A stretch of DNA of 64,000 nt from Hypanus sabinus (Eukaryota). The first letter of the stretch is position 1, and the number at the start of each line of letters is the position of its first letter. The notes under the pieces were generated by a model. That model had not been told where the DNA came from. It searched no databases and worked only from the letters and a program-made list of their open reading frames with translations. A program made the position numbers and the translations under genes. Below, piece after piece: positions 1 through 11,435 of the stretch. Where the stretch lies: contig NW_026780455.1 in assembly GCF_030144855.1 (NCBI RefSeq), positions 310,001-374,000 of the forward strand. Reading direction: 5' to 3'.

Positions 1-869
1 CCCTTCTTTCGGCTGTTGAATTGTAATTGTGCTCGTTTATGACGCGCAGGAAGTGACGCAGCTGTCCACTAGCCAGTAGCATAGCAGTAGTCGAAACAGG
101 AAACGCAAAGTGGTTCTCCTGAATGCTGGCATTGCGCTAACCATTTGATGTTCTCTAACTCGGGCCGATGATGGCAAGTGGGACACGTTGCATCCTAGTT
201 ATTCTGCCGTTGAACCCAAGTGAGTCTAAACGGCACAGATCCATAGTCAGGTGCAGCGTTCTTGCTGGCCTCACGTCGTGCGACATTGGCCGTTGTTTAG
301 CTTGGTAGAGGGTCAAGAACTCCGTCCGAACTCGTGTCCCTAAACTGCAAGGTCAGACCACCAATGACCAAGCACCAGTGGACGGCCGTCCCTCTCCCCT
401 TTGTGTTCTGTCATTGAAAGGATAGCTCCTCTATCGTTAAACACATGTTTTATTTTCATTTGAGCAATGGATGTGACCTCGCTGGTTTACCGAATGTGGT
501 CGGTAACTTTTATGTACTCGAGTTTTGTCTTTCTGTTTTTTTTTTTCAGAATACCTGGTTGATTATTGAGAGTAAGAGTCTGATAGGTTTTCCATCTTAC
601 ATGGGTTCTGGTCGCGTACGTGAACGGCGTGAAATGATCAGCAAATTTGGGGGTTCGGCGTAGAAGGGCAGGACACTCACCGGAAATGGTGCGGAACGAC
701 GACAAACAGCGGGTCTTTGGTGTAGATGCATAGGGAATGCACAGTGAATGATGCGATTAGATGCCAGAGTAACGAGTCAATGTGATGGTGGGTGTGTCGA
801 GTGAGAGACGGACAGTTTCTCTGCTGCGCCAGAGGGAGGCTTATATCTCGAATCGGGGCTGGTTCAAGG

Positions 870-1006
870 AAGGGGCGTGGCTGATCGCTGCTTACGCAAA
901 AACATCTACGTCACTGGGATACGTAACAAACGGGGTAAAAGTGAATGGATTCCTCTCTGCTGCACGCAGTTCTTCCATCACTCAGAGAATAAAACCGGCA
1001 GGAAAG
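870..1006 (+). promoter_or_regulatory. Family A V promoter module (GC box, CCAAT, CRE-like ACGTCACT, AAGTGAATGG); homologues precede Vb, Vd, Vg, Vh, Vj, Vk, Vl, Vn
   Basis: Same motif order ~130 bp upstream of each leader ATG, with individual motifs degenerate in some copies. Confidence 0.7.
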
Positions 1007-1640
1007 ATGTTCCTGTTTCTGCGGTTCATCCTTGCCTGCCACTGTGAGTGAACTTGACAAAAAATATTCTTTTTATTTCTTTGCGTCTCTGTTCCTGTCA
1101 GATTCCCCCTCACTTGCGTTACCTTCCGCTAGTCTCGCAATCTTTATTTATTTAGTTACGAATCATGGCGTCCTCACACTATCTCCCTTTGCCGCCGACT
1201 CCAAATTCCGTCCACCTCTGGAGCTCTCCCGACTTCAGGTCTTCTCTTTCCTTTCCTCAATGTACCCTCTTTCTCCCCTTCCCTATTAACCATGGTGTCC
1301 GTGTTCATTCCCCACCTATGCCACCCCCGTCTATTTTTCTTGACGTGACCTCGGTGACGATCCACCAGACTTCGGATTTCTCCGCCCTTCCTGGCCAGAA
1401 GGTTGCGCTTCGCTGCACAGTCGAGGTTGTAGCAGTGCTGGTAACGTGTTGTACTGGTACCGTCAATACCCGGGAAAGGGTCCGGAGAACATGTTTTACA
1501 CTATGACAGCTATGTACGTCCAGCCAGAGGGATTGGTCGACGGTTTTACGGCGGAGAGATCGCAGAGCAACGAGTTCTTCCTGAAGTCCGACAAGCTGGA
1601 AGCGAATTCGTCGGCCGTGTATTTCTGTGCCTGGAGTGAT
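1007..1640 (+). pseudogene. TRBV: TCR V segment Va (family A), pseudogene
   Basis: Leader MFLFLRFILACH 1007-1043 with gtgagt donor; V exon ~1343-1640 ending YFCAWSD. The acceptor AG is mutated to TG (1341-1342), and there is a 1-nt deletion after CTVE relative to the paralogue at 20543 (split ORFs 1165..1506 and 1446..1658). Confidence 0.9.
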
Positions 1641-1679
1641 CACGGCGGCTCAGAGTGACGGGGCAACTGTACAAAAACG
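1641..1679 (+). other. 23-RSS of Va
   Basis: CACGGCG-23 nt-ACAAAAACG. Confidence 0.9.
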
Positions 1680-2377
1680 GCTCGCTGCTGTCAGCAAAAC
1701 AGTAAACACGACGCCTGTCAATCATATGGTTGTAGGTGGGTCTACGTATTGTGCGCCGAAGCGTCCAATCCTTGAAATAAGGGGCGATGTTGTTGTACAG
1801 TAGCTTTAAATTCCCTCCTCTTCTTAAGCATTCAGCTGGGAGAAGACAATCCGCACACTCAGCGTTCCACTCCAGTCTTCCTTGTCACGTGCGGTCTTCC
1901 CACGCATCTTCGGTCTGGGAGGATCGGAACCTTTCTGTGAGCCAACAATGTTCAGTACCCAAGATCAATTTCAAGCTCGTTATTTTCTTTGTCTATTGAT
2001 GAATGCACAGAATACGGGGAGTATTGAACGGTTCAGGAACAGATGAAGCAAGTGACATAAGGGTTTGGCAAACACAACGGAAATGGTGGAGAATGTCGAG
2101 GGACAGAAGGACCACGGTGCAGGAAGGTAGGAGAGTGCCAGTTAATGGGGATTGTTCAGAAACAGGGAGGGATTGGATAACAAGGGAAGGACAAACACCG
2201 TGAATGGTGGGGATTGTCCAGGTACATAGAGGTCTCGGTGCACGAAGATAGGAGAGTGCCGGTTAATACGGATGGTTCAGAAACAGGGAGGGATTGGATA
2301 ACGATGTTCGGACACGCATCGTGAATAAGAAGTCTACATCAATACAATCGAGCTAGGTGTGAAAGCACAGGCTGCTA

Positions 2378-2390
2378 CCACTAGGGGGCG
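2378..2390 (+). promoter_or_regulatory. CTCF-like motif
   Basis: CCACTAGGGGGCG. Confidence 0.65.
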
Positions 2391-3449
2391 GGCAAACACT
2401 GTGCTAAAATTTATGCTAGTTATTTCTCGGGTATTTAAAGTATCACATTACATCTGTAAAAGTCCATTTTCTCTTCGGCTAGTGCCAAGAGCCAGAGATG
2501 GAAGCTCAGGCAGGTAGAGGAGGAGAAAGTTTGAATGCCAGAGACTGCTCTATGCAGGACACAATGTGCTTCATAAGGTTCAATGTATGGCACTCACTAT
2601 AGAAATTAAAATGTTGTTTGTCTCCTGGCATAAGGATTTAATAAAAACACCGTGATTAGTGGTTAATGGTGAGCAACAGAGGGCCCTCGTTGTACTGGGT
2701 AGAATACAAACTGCAAATAGTGGGGATTGTCGAGGGACAGAGGAAATTCGGTGTACGGCGCGAGGACTCACATCGTGAACTGTGAGGATTGTCGAAGGAA
2801 AGCGGGACCTCATTGTGCGAAGATAAGAGTGGGCCGGAAAATGGTGGTTGTTAAGAGATGTTGAGGGATGGTATAACGATTATGCATCGGATTTGGAGAT
2901 GATCTGTTGGTGAATGACACTTGGTGGGTGTCGGCTAAATTGGGGTTATCAGCTGAACTATGTGTGTCCGCGGATTTGGGATTGCTCGCTGATTTGGTGT
3001 TTCCGGCATATAATGGGGTACTAGCCGATATGGGAGTGTGTGCGAATAGNNNNNNNNNNNNNNNNNNNNNNNNNNNNNNNNNNNNNNNNNNNNNNNNNNN
3101 NNNNNNNNNNNNNNNNNNNNNNNNNNNNNNNNNNNNNNNNNNNNNNNNNNNNNNNNNNNNNNNNNNNNNNNNNNNNNNNNNNNNNNNNNNNNNNNNNNNN
3201 NNNNNNNNNNNNNNNNNNNNNNNNNNNNNNNNNNNNNNNNNNNNNNNNNNNNNNNNNNNNNNNNNNNNNNNNNNNNNNNNNNNNNNNNNNNNNNNNNNNN
3301 NNNNNNNNNNNNNNNNNNNNNATCTATCTATCAACCAACCTACCTATCGATCTATCTGTCAATCTATCTATACATCTATGTATCTACCTGTTTATTTATT
3401 TGCTTAGTTATTTCACAGGACTTGGGGCGGATCTTGGGGTTTGAAACAG

Positions 3450-3870
3450 AAGAGAATCGTCAGATGCAGGAAGATGGAAAGCAGCGGTGTTTTGGGCCGC
3501 TGATTGAAGAATGGATGAACTAAATTTGGAGAGAGTTTCAAGGAGGCGCACGAGAATGATTCTGACGTTTCGCGCAAAGACACACCATCAGGAGATGTCT
3601 GCCGTCAATCAGCGAGTCGACGCCCGAGTGTCGGCGTGACTGATCAGTTGACGAGCGTTTACGCGAGGTCGCACCTTTGCACTTTCTGCCTTGTGAATAA
3701 GGATTCAAGTACTGAATTAGAATGGCAAAACAACGATGTATCATTGTGAATTTATAAAGCACCAATGAGGCCACAGTTGGAGCTTTGTAACCTCTTTTTC
3801 GGCCACGTATCTAAAAATGGATGAGCTGAAATAGTTTTAAAGCAGTTGACCGAGAATGTTTCCAACGTTA
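3450..3870 (+). mobile_element. Decayed CR1 LINE 3' relic (copies ~9720-10400, ~22660-23080, ~34530-34830)
   Basis: Resembles the LERVQRRFTRMLPG...ERL..LGLYSLE..RLRGDL region of the CR1 at 59460-59600. Confidence 0.6.
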
Positions 3871-4432
3871 CGTGCAGATATATTTCATCAATTCTTGCAT
3901 TCGCTTGCTTTAGGATTCAAGTCACTGAACCCAGCGTGCGCCCAAATACTCACATTCAACTCCTGTATAGAAAGAGTTAAATTTGATTCATGTTTAGTGG
4001 ATCTGCAGAACAGTGCAGTACAGAACAGAAGTTTATAAGAACAAAACGATTTCAGGCTGGAACCTGTTCAGAGCATGATGATGTAAATGGACACGCATCT
4101 TTTCTCCAGTATCCAACTGGAGAAAAATATCGAAATCACATAGACCTGGGAGCTTAAATATATCGCAGACAGTGAGATAACCGGGGGTGAGGAAGAAAGA
4201 GATTGGGAAGGACAAGGAGAGCGTCAGAGAGGGAGAGTGTTCTGTGGTCAAGTAGCTACAGCGGAAGCGGTACACCTCTCAATCGTTTTGGAGCAGATCA
4301 GGGGCGTGGCCAATCGACACTTCCGCAACGCGACATATGTCACTGATATAAGTAACAACCGGGATTGAACTGAGTGGATAATTTCTCTCTACACGCACTA
4401 TCATGACTGAGAGAATAAACCCTCCAAGAAGG

Positions 4433-5056
4433 ATGTTTCTGTTTTTGCTCTTTGTTCTCGCCATCCACTGTGAGTGAAAGCTGAAAATGCTTTTTTTTAA
4501 AATTTCTCTGTATCCGTATACCTTTCACATTCCCGTCACCTGCCGTCTTGTACTCATCATTTATTTCGTTCGAGCAGTCGTGTACGCACACGATCTGCCC
4601 TCTGCGACAGCCTCTAAATTCCGATCTCTTCTCGAGCTTTCCCGACTTCCATCCTCCTCTTTGGTTCCCTCAATGCACCCCCTTTTCTCCACTTTCACAT
4701 TGACTAGCCTCTCCATGTTTATTCATCCCGTTCTGTGCCCCCGTCTCTTATTTCCAGACGCGACCTCGGTGACGATCCACCAGATTCCGGCTTTCTCCGG
4801 AACTCCCGGCCAGAAGGTGACCCTGAATTGCAGAGTCGAGGGTAGTACCAGTGCGAGTATTGAGTTGTACTGGTACCGACAATCCCCGGGAAAGGGTCCG
4901 GAGAACATGTTTTACTCGAGCATTGCTAAGTTCGTGCAGCCAAAGGGACTGGTCGACGGTTTTTCGGCGGATAGACCGCACACCAACGAATTCTTCCTGA
5001 AGTCCGACAAACTGGAGGCGGATTCGTCGTCCGTGTATTTCTGCGCCTGGAGTGAT
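4433..5056 (+). CDS. TRBV: TCR V segment Vb (family A), open
   Basis: Leader MFLFLLFVLAIH 4433-4469, gtgagt donor, ttccag acceptor. Exon 4758-5056: ATSVTIHQIPAFSGTPGQKVTLNCRVEG...WYRQ...YFCAWSD. Confidence 0.92.
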
Positions 5057-5095
5057 CACGGCGGTTCAGAGTGCCGGGGCAGCTGTACAAAAACT
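5057..5095 (+). other. 23-RSS of Vb
   Basis: CACGGCG-23 nt-ACAAAAACT. Confidence 0.92.
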
Positions 5096-5799
5096 CTACC
5101 TGTCAGAGGTGTCGTTGCTGTCAGCAAAACAGGAAACACGAGTCCTTTCAAACACTGTGTGAGGTGGTTCTGCCATTCAGTCGTGCGCCCCGTAGTGGCG
5201 AATCGATGAAAGATGTGGAGGAGGTACAGCGTTACACGTCCTGCTCTGAAGCATTCAGATGAAAGAAGATATTCCGCTCTCTGATCTTCCCACCCCGTCT
5301 TTCGTTATGTGCAGTCTTCTCACCGATCTTCAGTCCGGGTTTTTCGTCACTTTTTGAATGCGACCGATAATGAGACGAGAAACTCGTGAACATGAAGTGA
5401 CGCGTCTTCCAAGGGCTGTGTAGTTGCAACGGGGCTCCCAGTTCTATCACGCAAAACGCAGACGTACAGGAAACCCAACAGATTCTCCTTACACCGGGGA
5501 GATGGATCATACCTGGGGACAAATTGAACGTCGGGCTCAGGACAGACGGTTCTTTCGATCAGATGTCGGCGTCCTATGCACCTTGAAAGGGTTCCGGGGT
5601 GCAGTGAGTAGTTAAAATATATATTAATGAGAAACAGGACCTTGTGACCTATTTGCTATCGCATCTATTTCCCGATTCAATTGTGATGGGTCAGGAAGAG
5701 AAAGGAAGAGGTACACCGGCTCCAAATATTCAGGGACGTCTTCCGGTAAATTATTTCCTCTTCCTGAGAGACAGCCCAGCCTTTCGACCCACCAGGAAC

Positions 5800-5890
5800 G
5801 TGTTGCCCAATTACACCCACGTGACCAATTAACCCATCAAGCCCCAGGTCAATGTGGGAGGAAACCGGGACACCCGGAGAAAAGCCCACC
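5800..5890 (-). mobile_element. HE1/V-SINE fragment
   Basis: Minus strand gtgggcttttctccgggtgtcccggtttcctcccaca...ttaattggtc resembles the V-SINE central domain. Confidence 0.6.
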
Positions 5891-6167
5891 GTTTCCGGCA
5901 GAGAAAGTCAGTACAGAGTGCAGTGGTAATCGAACCCGGATTCGGCAGCGCTGGAAAGCGATTCCACCAACCGCTAATTCTCAGTCTCATTCCTTCCTCG
6001 AGACTACGATACCTGCCGTGTTCGCGCTATCTTCCCTCTGAAGAACCCTCTCCACTCTCTCCAGCTTCAACCCTTCTGTTTGAATTCCCCCATCTTCGCC
6101 GTCACCCTCCCCTCCCCTACTTCTCGGAACGCCTACATTCATACAGCACCTTCCTCTTCTTTCTCAG

Positions 6168-6467
6168 ACGCGCCCTCGGTGACGATCCACCAGGCACCGG
6201 CTCTCTCCGCGTCCCCGAGCGGGGAAGCGGAACTGGAGTGCACACTTGAAGGCGCTGCTCGCTCCGGTAACACGTTGCTCTGGTACAGGTAGTAGCCTGG
6301 CAAGCCGCTTCGCAACCTCATTTACATTTGCGCTTGCCGGTCACCAGGAATCTGCAGGGCCTGTGGGCGGTTTCACCGCAGAAAGGCCGAATAATAACGA
6401 GTTCTGCCTGAAGTCCCCAGGCCTGGAGGCGGGATCATCGGCCCTATATTACTGCGGCTGGCGAGTT
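6168..6467 (+). pseudogene. TRBV: TCR V segment Vc (divergent family A), pseudogene
   Basis: ttctcag acceptor, then APSVTIHQAPALSASPSGEAELECTLEG...LWYR followed by TAG TAG. A frameshift precedes GGFTAERPNNNEFCLKSPGLEAGSSALYYCGWRV. No leader recognised. Confidence 0.88.
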
Positions 6468-6506
6468 CACGGCAACAAAGAGAGGCGGCGGAGCTGAGCA
6501 AAAACC
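6468..6506 (+). other. 23-RSS of Vc
   Basis: CACGGCA-23 nt-GCAAAAACC. Confidence 0.85.
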
Positions 6507-6829
6507 TGAGAGTCTCAGGGGTCGCTGCCGCCTGCCGGAGACGCAGTGCGTCAGCTGTCAATCAAACAAGGGGGCGGGGCGACCAAACGTGAGCAGCGGC
6601 ACGGTTGCCAATGAAAGTTCGATGAGTTTGAATGACGCGAGATGTGCTTTCTCGTTTTGATAGTCAAGTCCCCTCCTCCTCCAGAGAAGATGAGGTGCTT
6701 GTTTAAACAGTCGCCGTCATAACTCCATGTATAAAATAGAACATTATCGTGCAGGGAAAGGCGCCTCGGCCCGCAATGTGCGGACGACCCAAATTTACTG
6801 ATAATCATACACTAGGACTTCAGTTGCTA

Positions 6830-7030
6830 TCTGGTGAATAGACCCTTCGGATTTTAGGCCTTGCGATTTCACCTGCTGTTCTGTCAAACACATTATCCAA
6901 ACGCGTTTCATTTTCTGGGTATTGAACGCAAAGCACGAACGTATCAACGGTGGATCTACTGCCGCCTGGAGTCAGTTCTGCATTGTAGCACCCGGGTCGG
7001 CAGAGGAAAAGATAAGGGAGACTGTAGAGA
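6830..7030 (-). pseudogene. Possible inverted V relic
   Basis: Minus strand reads GGSRSTVDTFVLCVQYPENETRLDNVFDRTAGEIARPK, compared with Vj EGSSNTADRMFWYRQYPGQGLENLFYSTYAGIVEPK. Preceded by a pyrimidine tract and ctacag. Confidence 0.4.
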
Positions 7031-8385
7031 CGACGCGGAGCGGGGGTGTGGGCGCGAACGGAAATCGATGCCTGTCGGAGTGGGGGCGGAGAGAAACCAG
7101 AATGTTGCATAGAAGTTTACAAACAAAACAGGAGGAAGGTGACACAGTTCGGCATTGACGACAGGCTCAAAAAAAAAGGGTCAACAAATACAACGGCCGA
7201 GAGAACATAGAAAATACAAGTCCCTTCTGCTCTATCCCCTCTTTTCTCCGCTTCTTTCTTTCTTCCTTCCATTCACGCATTCATTTATTCTGTCTTTCAG
7301 TCTGTCACTGTCTATCTGTCTCCAGCCTCTCATTCTTCATTACTGTCTTTCTTTCTCCTTTTTTCTTCTATTTATCATCCGTTCTTTGTGTTTTTCTTCC
7401 TTTATTTCTTTCTCACTTTCTTTCTGCCTCACAGAGACACACACTTTATTTCTCGTTCCCTGCCTTACCCGGCTCTACATTCTCTTTTCCATTCTTTCTT
7501 GATAGATTTCCTTCTTTGCTGGGGCAGATTTATTCGGGACATTTCAGACGCTCTCAGTCCGGCGCACGGCTGACAGATACGTAAGTGAAGCGTTACGTGG
7601 GAGGGAAGGGAATACATCGGTCGTAATGGGCTGAACGCGTGTCCTCTTTTCTATGATTCCGCAATCGACATCATATTCTCTGAACGGCTTTAGAGCCAAG
7701 AGAAAGATGAGCGTAGTGATGTGTCTGAAATCTTCCAGCCGGCGGGTGAATAAATTGCCGCTCGTTGCAGGTCCGGGATATTCACTTGCGATTCCGGCAT
7801 TGCTGGAAGAACGATGTCTTGCCGCGCAGATCACACTCCGCGTGTCGCAAGGTTCATTGTTGAGGACCCGACTCAATGGTTCGCCACCTGACATATGACA
7901 TCGGCATATCTCCGCGCGAATAACCAATGAGGGAAGAGCGCTTGAGGCGCCGGCGCCACGTGGCACTGACGTAGTCTGAACTTCCAGCGCCATGAACCCG
8001 TGGATCCGCAGCTCTCTCTGTACAGTTCCATTCACACTGAGATTTTAAGCCAAGGGTCGGACATGGGGGCGGGGGGAGGCAAAAAAAAAACAATGGAAGT
8101 CAGAGGGAAATGGACTCGCAGGTGTGCAGACATGGAAAGAGAGTGAGAGAGTGTGAGCGAAATGGAAGAAGAGAGAAAATGGGGAGGCGGGTAGAGGTAC
8201 AGTACGGTGTAAAAGTGTCCGTCATATCACTACAGATGGTTTGGACTCCACAGAGAACTGATCAAAATATTACCCAGTGCAGACATAGAGTAAGGCGGAG
8301 CAGTGACAGTCATTGGCTGCACAGAGAGACAGAGAGAGAGAGAGAGGGAGAGAGAGATTGAGGCAGTCAGAAAGAGAGAGAGAGA

Positions 8386-8640
8386 AATGAAAAGTATCCA
8401 GTGAGTAGCAGTTCTGTGGGTGTAAGTGCCTTGTTAATGAGCGAGGTCAGAGGAGATTGGCAGGCTGGCACCTTCCTGTTAACTTGAACCAGTAACTCGA
8501 ATAACAACGCATTTTTACAGTGGTGTGCAAAAGAACATCTCTGAAGGCACAACATGTCAAACCTTGAAGTGGATGAGCTACAGCAGCAGAAGACCACGAT
8601 CATACACTTGCAATCCAGTGGCCATTGAGTGCTCACGCAC
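8386..8640 (+). mobile_element. Tc1-like transposon relic
   Basis: Degenerate ITTHFYSGVQKNISEGTTCQTLKWMSYSSRRP, similar to the Tc1 transposase N-terminal region. Confidence 0.65.
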
Positions 8641-8649
8641 TTTGATAAT

Positions 8650-9130
8650 ACATTTACTTTGACTTTGAATGATCTATTTTGTCTTTCTTTACAACGGGAA
8701 TATATTTGGTGATAGATTTGGAATATAGATGGCTTGGGGCCATCTGTAACTTTGCTGATCCAATTAACCACATTATCATCCAGTTCATCGAAATGCAGTG
8801 GATGGCAACCATCAAAGGAATCAGCGTTGATCCCTGTGGCGCACCACTGGTCACAGCCCTTCAGGCAGAGTGACAACCATCTACTATCACTCTCTGGATT
8901 CTTCCTAAAACCCAATATCTCATCCAATTTACTACGTTTTTTGTATGCCAAACAACCGAACCCTTCTCACCAACCTGTCATGTAGGATCCTGTCAAATGT
9001 TTTGCTAAATTCCATGTAGACGTTATCCACTGCCTTGTCGTCATCGAATTTCTTGGTAACTTCCTGTAAAATCTCCAAGATTGGTTAACCATCAACTACC
9101 ATGCACAATGCCATGCTGCCTATCCCTCAT
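8650..9130 (-). mobile_element. CR1 RT fragment
   Basis: TSGAPQGS...DELDDNVVNWISK, and TVDNVYMEFSKTFDRI. Confidence 0.75.
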
Positions 9131-9144
9131 CAGACCCTGTCTAA

Positions 9145-9680
9145 ACAAATATTTTTCAATTTCCGTAGGAGACTGAGGTCCTTTAAAATCTGCCGGACGA
9201 TGCTGAGGATGTTCTACGAGTCTGTGGTGGCCAGTGTTAACATGTTTGCTGTTGTGTGCTGGGGCAGCAGGCTGAGGGTAGCAGACAGCAACAGAATTAA
9301 CAAACTCATTCGTAAGGCCAGTGATGTTGTGGGGGTGGAACTGAACTCTCTGACGGTGCTGTCTGAAAGAGGATGCTGTCCAAGTTGCAGGCCATCTTAA
9401 CCAATGTCTCCCAACCACTCCATAATGTACCCGTTAGGCACAGGAGTACATTCAGCCAGAGACTCATTGCACCGAGATGCAACGCTGAGTGTCATAGGAA
9501 GTCATTCCTGCCTGTGACCATCAAACTTTACAACTCCTCTCTCGGAGTGTCAGACACCCTGAACCAACAGGCTGGTCTGGACCGATTTCCACTTGAATGA
9601 TTGACATTATTATTTAATTATTTATGGGTAAATTACTATATTTCTTCACTATTCTTGGTTGGTGCAGCTGTAACGAAACC
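9145..9680 (+). mobile_element. Rex1/Babar-like LINE 3' end
   Basis: FRRRLRSFKICRTMLRMFYESVVAS...INKLIRKAS...HRKSFLPVTIKLYNSS. Confidence 0.75.
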
Positions 9681-10576
9681 CAATTTCACTCGGAATCAAG
9701 GAAGTATGATAAATTGAGGGGCAGATACTCATAAGGAAGCTGAGTGGCCGCAGAAGGACTTATGACTGATTGGTAGTAAAGGCATAAGAGAAGGCAGTCA
9801 TGGGAAGTGTATTGTCGTGCACATCGGTAGAAGAAATACAAATATTGACTTTATTCTAAATGGAAAGAAAATTCACAATAAATGATGTCCGAAGAGATTT
9901 GGAAATCCTTATTAAGGATTCCATCTCGGTTAATTTGCTGTTTATGTCTGTGCTGTATAGGGCATATACGTCGTTTGTATTAATTTCGTGTGAATTAGAA
10001 TCTAAAAGCAACGATATAATGTTTAGACTTCATAAAGCACCGGGAGGCTTGGCTTGGGCTGTGGTGAGCAGTACTGGGCCCTTTCCCTCAGAACGGATAA
10101 GCTGAAATTGGAGAGAGTCGAAGGAGGTGCACGAGAATGATCCCGACATTTCGGAACGAGCCGCTTCATCCGGAAATGTCTGCCGTTAGTCAGCGAGTGG
10201 ACGCCGGATAGACGGCACGGCAGATCAGATAACGAAGGTCTGCTCAAGATCGCGACTTCACACTTCATGCCTGTGCTTGCTCAGGGACTCAGTCAGTGAA
10301 CCAAACTTGCGGCCAACTCTTCATATTCGACCCTTGAAAAGAAAGAGTTAAATTTGATGAATGCTTGATATAGCTGCCAAGGTAACACAGAACAGAAGTT
10401 TGCAATGAAAAAAAAAGGTTGCTTCCTGGAACCTGGTAAGAGCATGAAGATGTGCATGGACACACATCCTTTAGGTAAGATACTGGAGCACAATCTGTTC
10501 TTGCTTACAGATCTGCTCTCTGTACCTCTGCCATTGAGCGAGATCGGAGGGCGACATGTGCAGGCACAGGCTGCTA

Positions 10577-10589
10577 CGACTAGGGGGCG
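10577..10589 (+). promoter_or_regulatory. CTCF-like motif upstream of Vd
   Basis: CGACTAGGGGGCG. Confidence 0.55.
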
Positions 10590-11435
10590 TAAATGCACTG
10601 CAGTGGAATTTATGTTAGATTTTTCGAAGGGAATGAAAGGGAAAAATTATTTTTGTAAAGTTGAATTTTCTCCGGCTGCGATGCAACAAAGACTAGGAGA
10701 CAAAGATGGAAGCTCCGGCAGAGACAGAAAGAGGCATCGAAAGTCGAAGGCTTGGGGGCAATAAATACATCACACGTAGTGAGTTCCGAAGGTGAAAGGG
10801 TTGGACTGATACTGAGACAGACACAGGAGGAGGGAAACAAACTATTTCAGGTTATCAGTGACCAAGTGGGGGAAGCCGTTCATGTAGTGCCAGGGGAAGA
10901 GAAAGAGGGCGTCTGGTGATCAACGTGGCACACAGATTCCAAAATTACAAAATTTGTGAGCTTAAATAAATCCACAATGTGAGATGGGGGTGGGGGAGAG
11001 ATGAATAAAGTGAGAGGGTGGGAAGGAGAGAGGGAGAGTGTTACCTGATCAACTTGGGAGAGCGGATGCAGCTCAACTCTCGAATCGTGTTGGGGCATCG
11101 AATCCTCCTTCCTTCAAAGGTCTGTATAGATTTCCAAAATTACAAAGACCTGGGAGCATTAAAAAATCACACATGGTGAGCTAAATGTGGAGAGGAAAAA
11201 AAGGAGAGGGACGGACGAGGACAGCCACAGTGAGACTGTATTGTGTGGCCAACCTGGTGGACCGGAAGCAGCAGCCCTCGAATCGGGTTGAAGTATGGAA
11301 GGGGAGTGCCCAATAGCTACGTCCTCAAGTACACCTACGTCACTGGTATATGTAACAATCGGGATAGAAATGAATGAATTCGTCTTTGCTGCAGGCGCCA
11401 CTTTCACCACTGAGAGAGTCAACCCGACAAGGAAG

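Noticed and set aside
2560-2600. CACAATG heptamer-like word (also ~21761 and ~23612)
   Set aside because: No nonamer at 12 or 23 nt.
2810-3444. X-rich ORFs (and those at the other N runs)
   Set aside because: Artefacts of translating through Ns.
7653-7760. NGFRAKR...CLKSS resembling V FR3 (DGFTAER...FLKS)
   Set aside because: No Cys, Trp or RSS in register; too short to separate from chance.
7992-8050. Plus-strand MNPWIRSSLCTVPFTLRF after a CRE-like site, as a possible leader
   Set aside because: Not hydrophobic enough, no GT donor and no downstream V exon.
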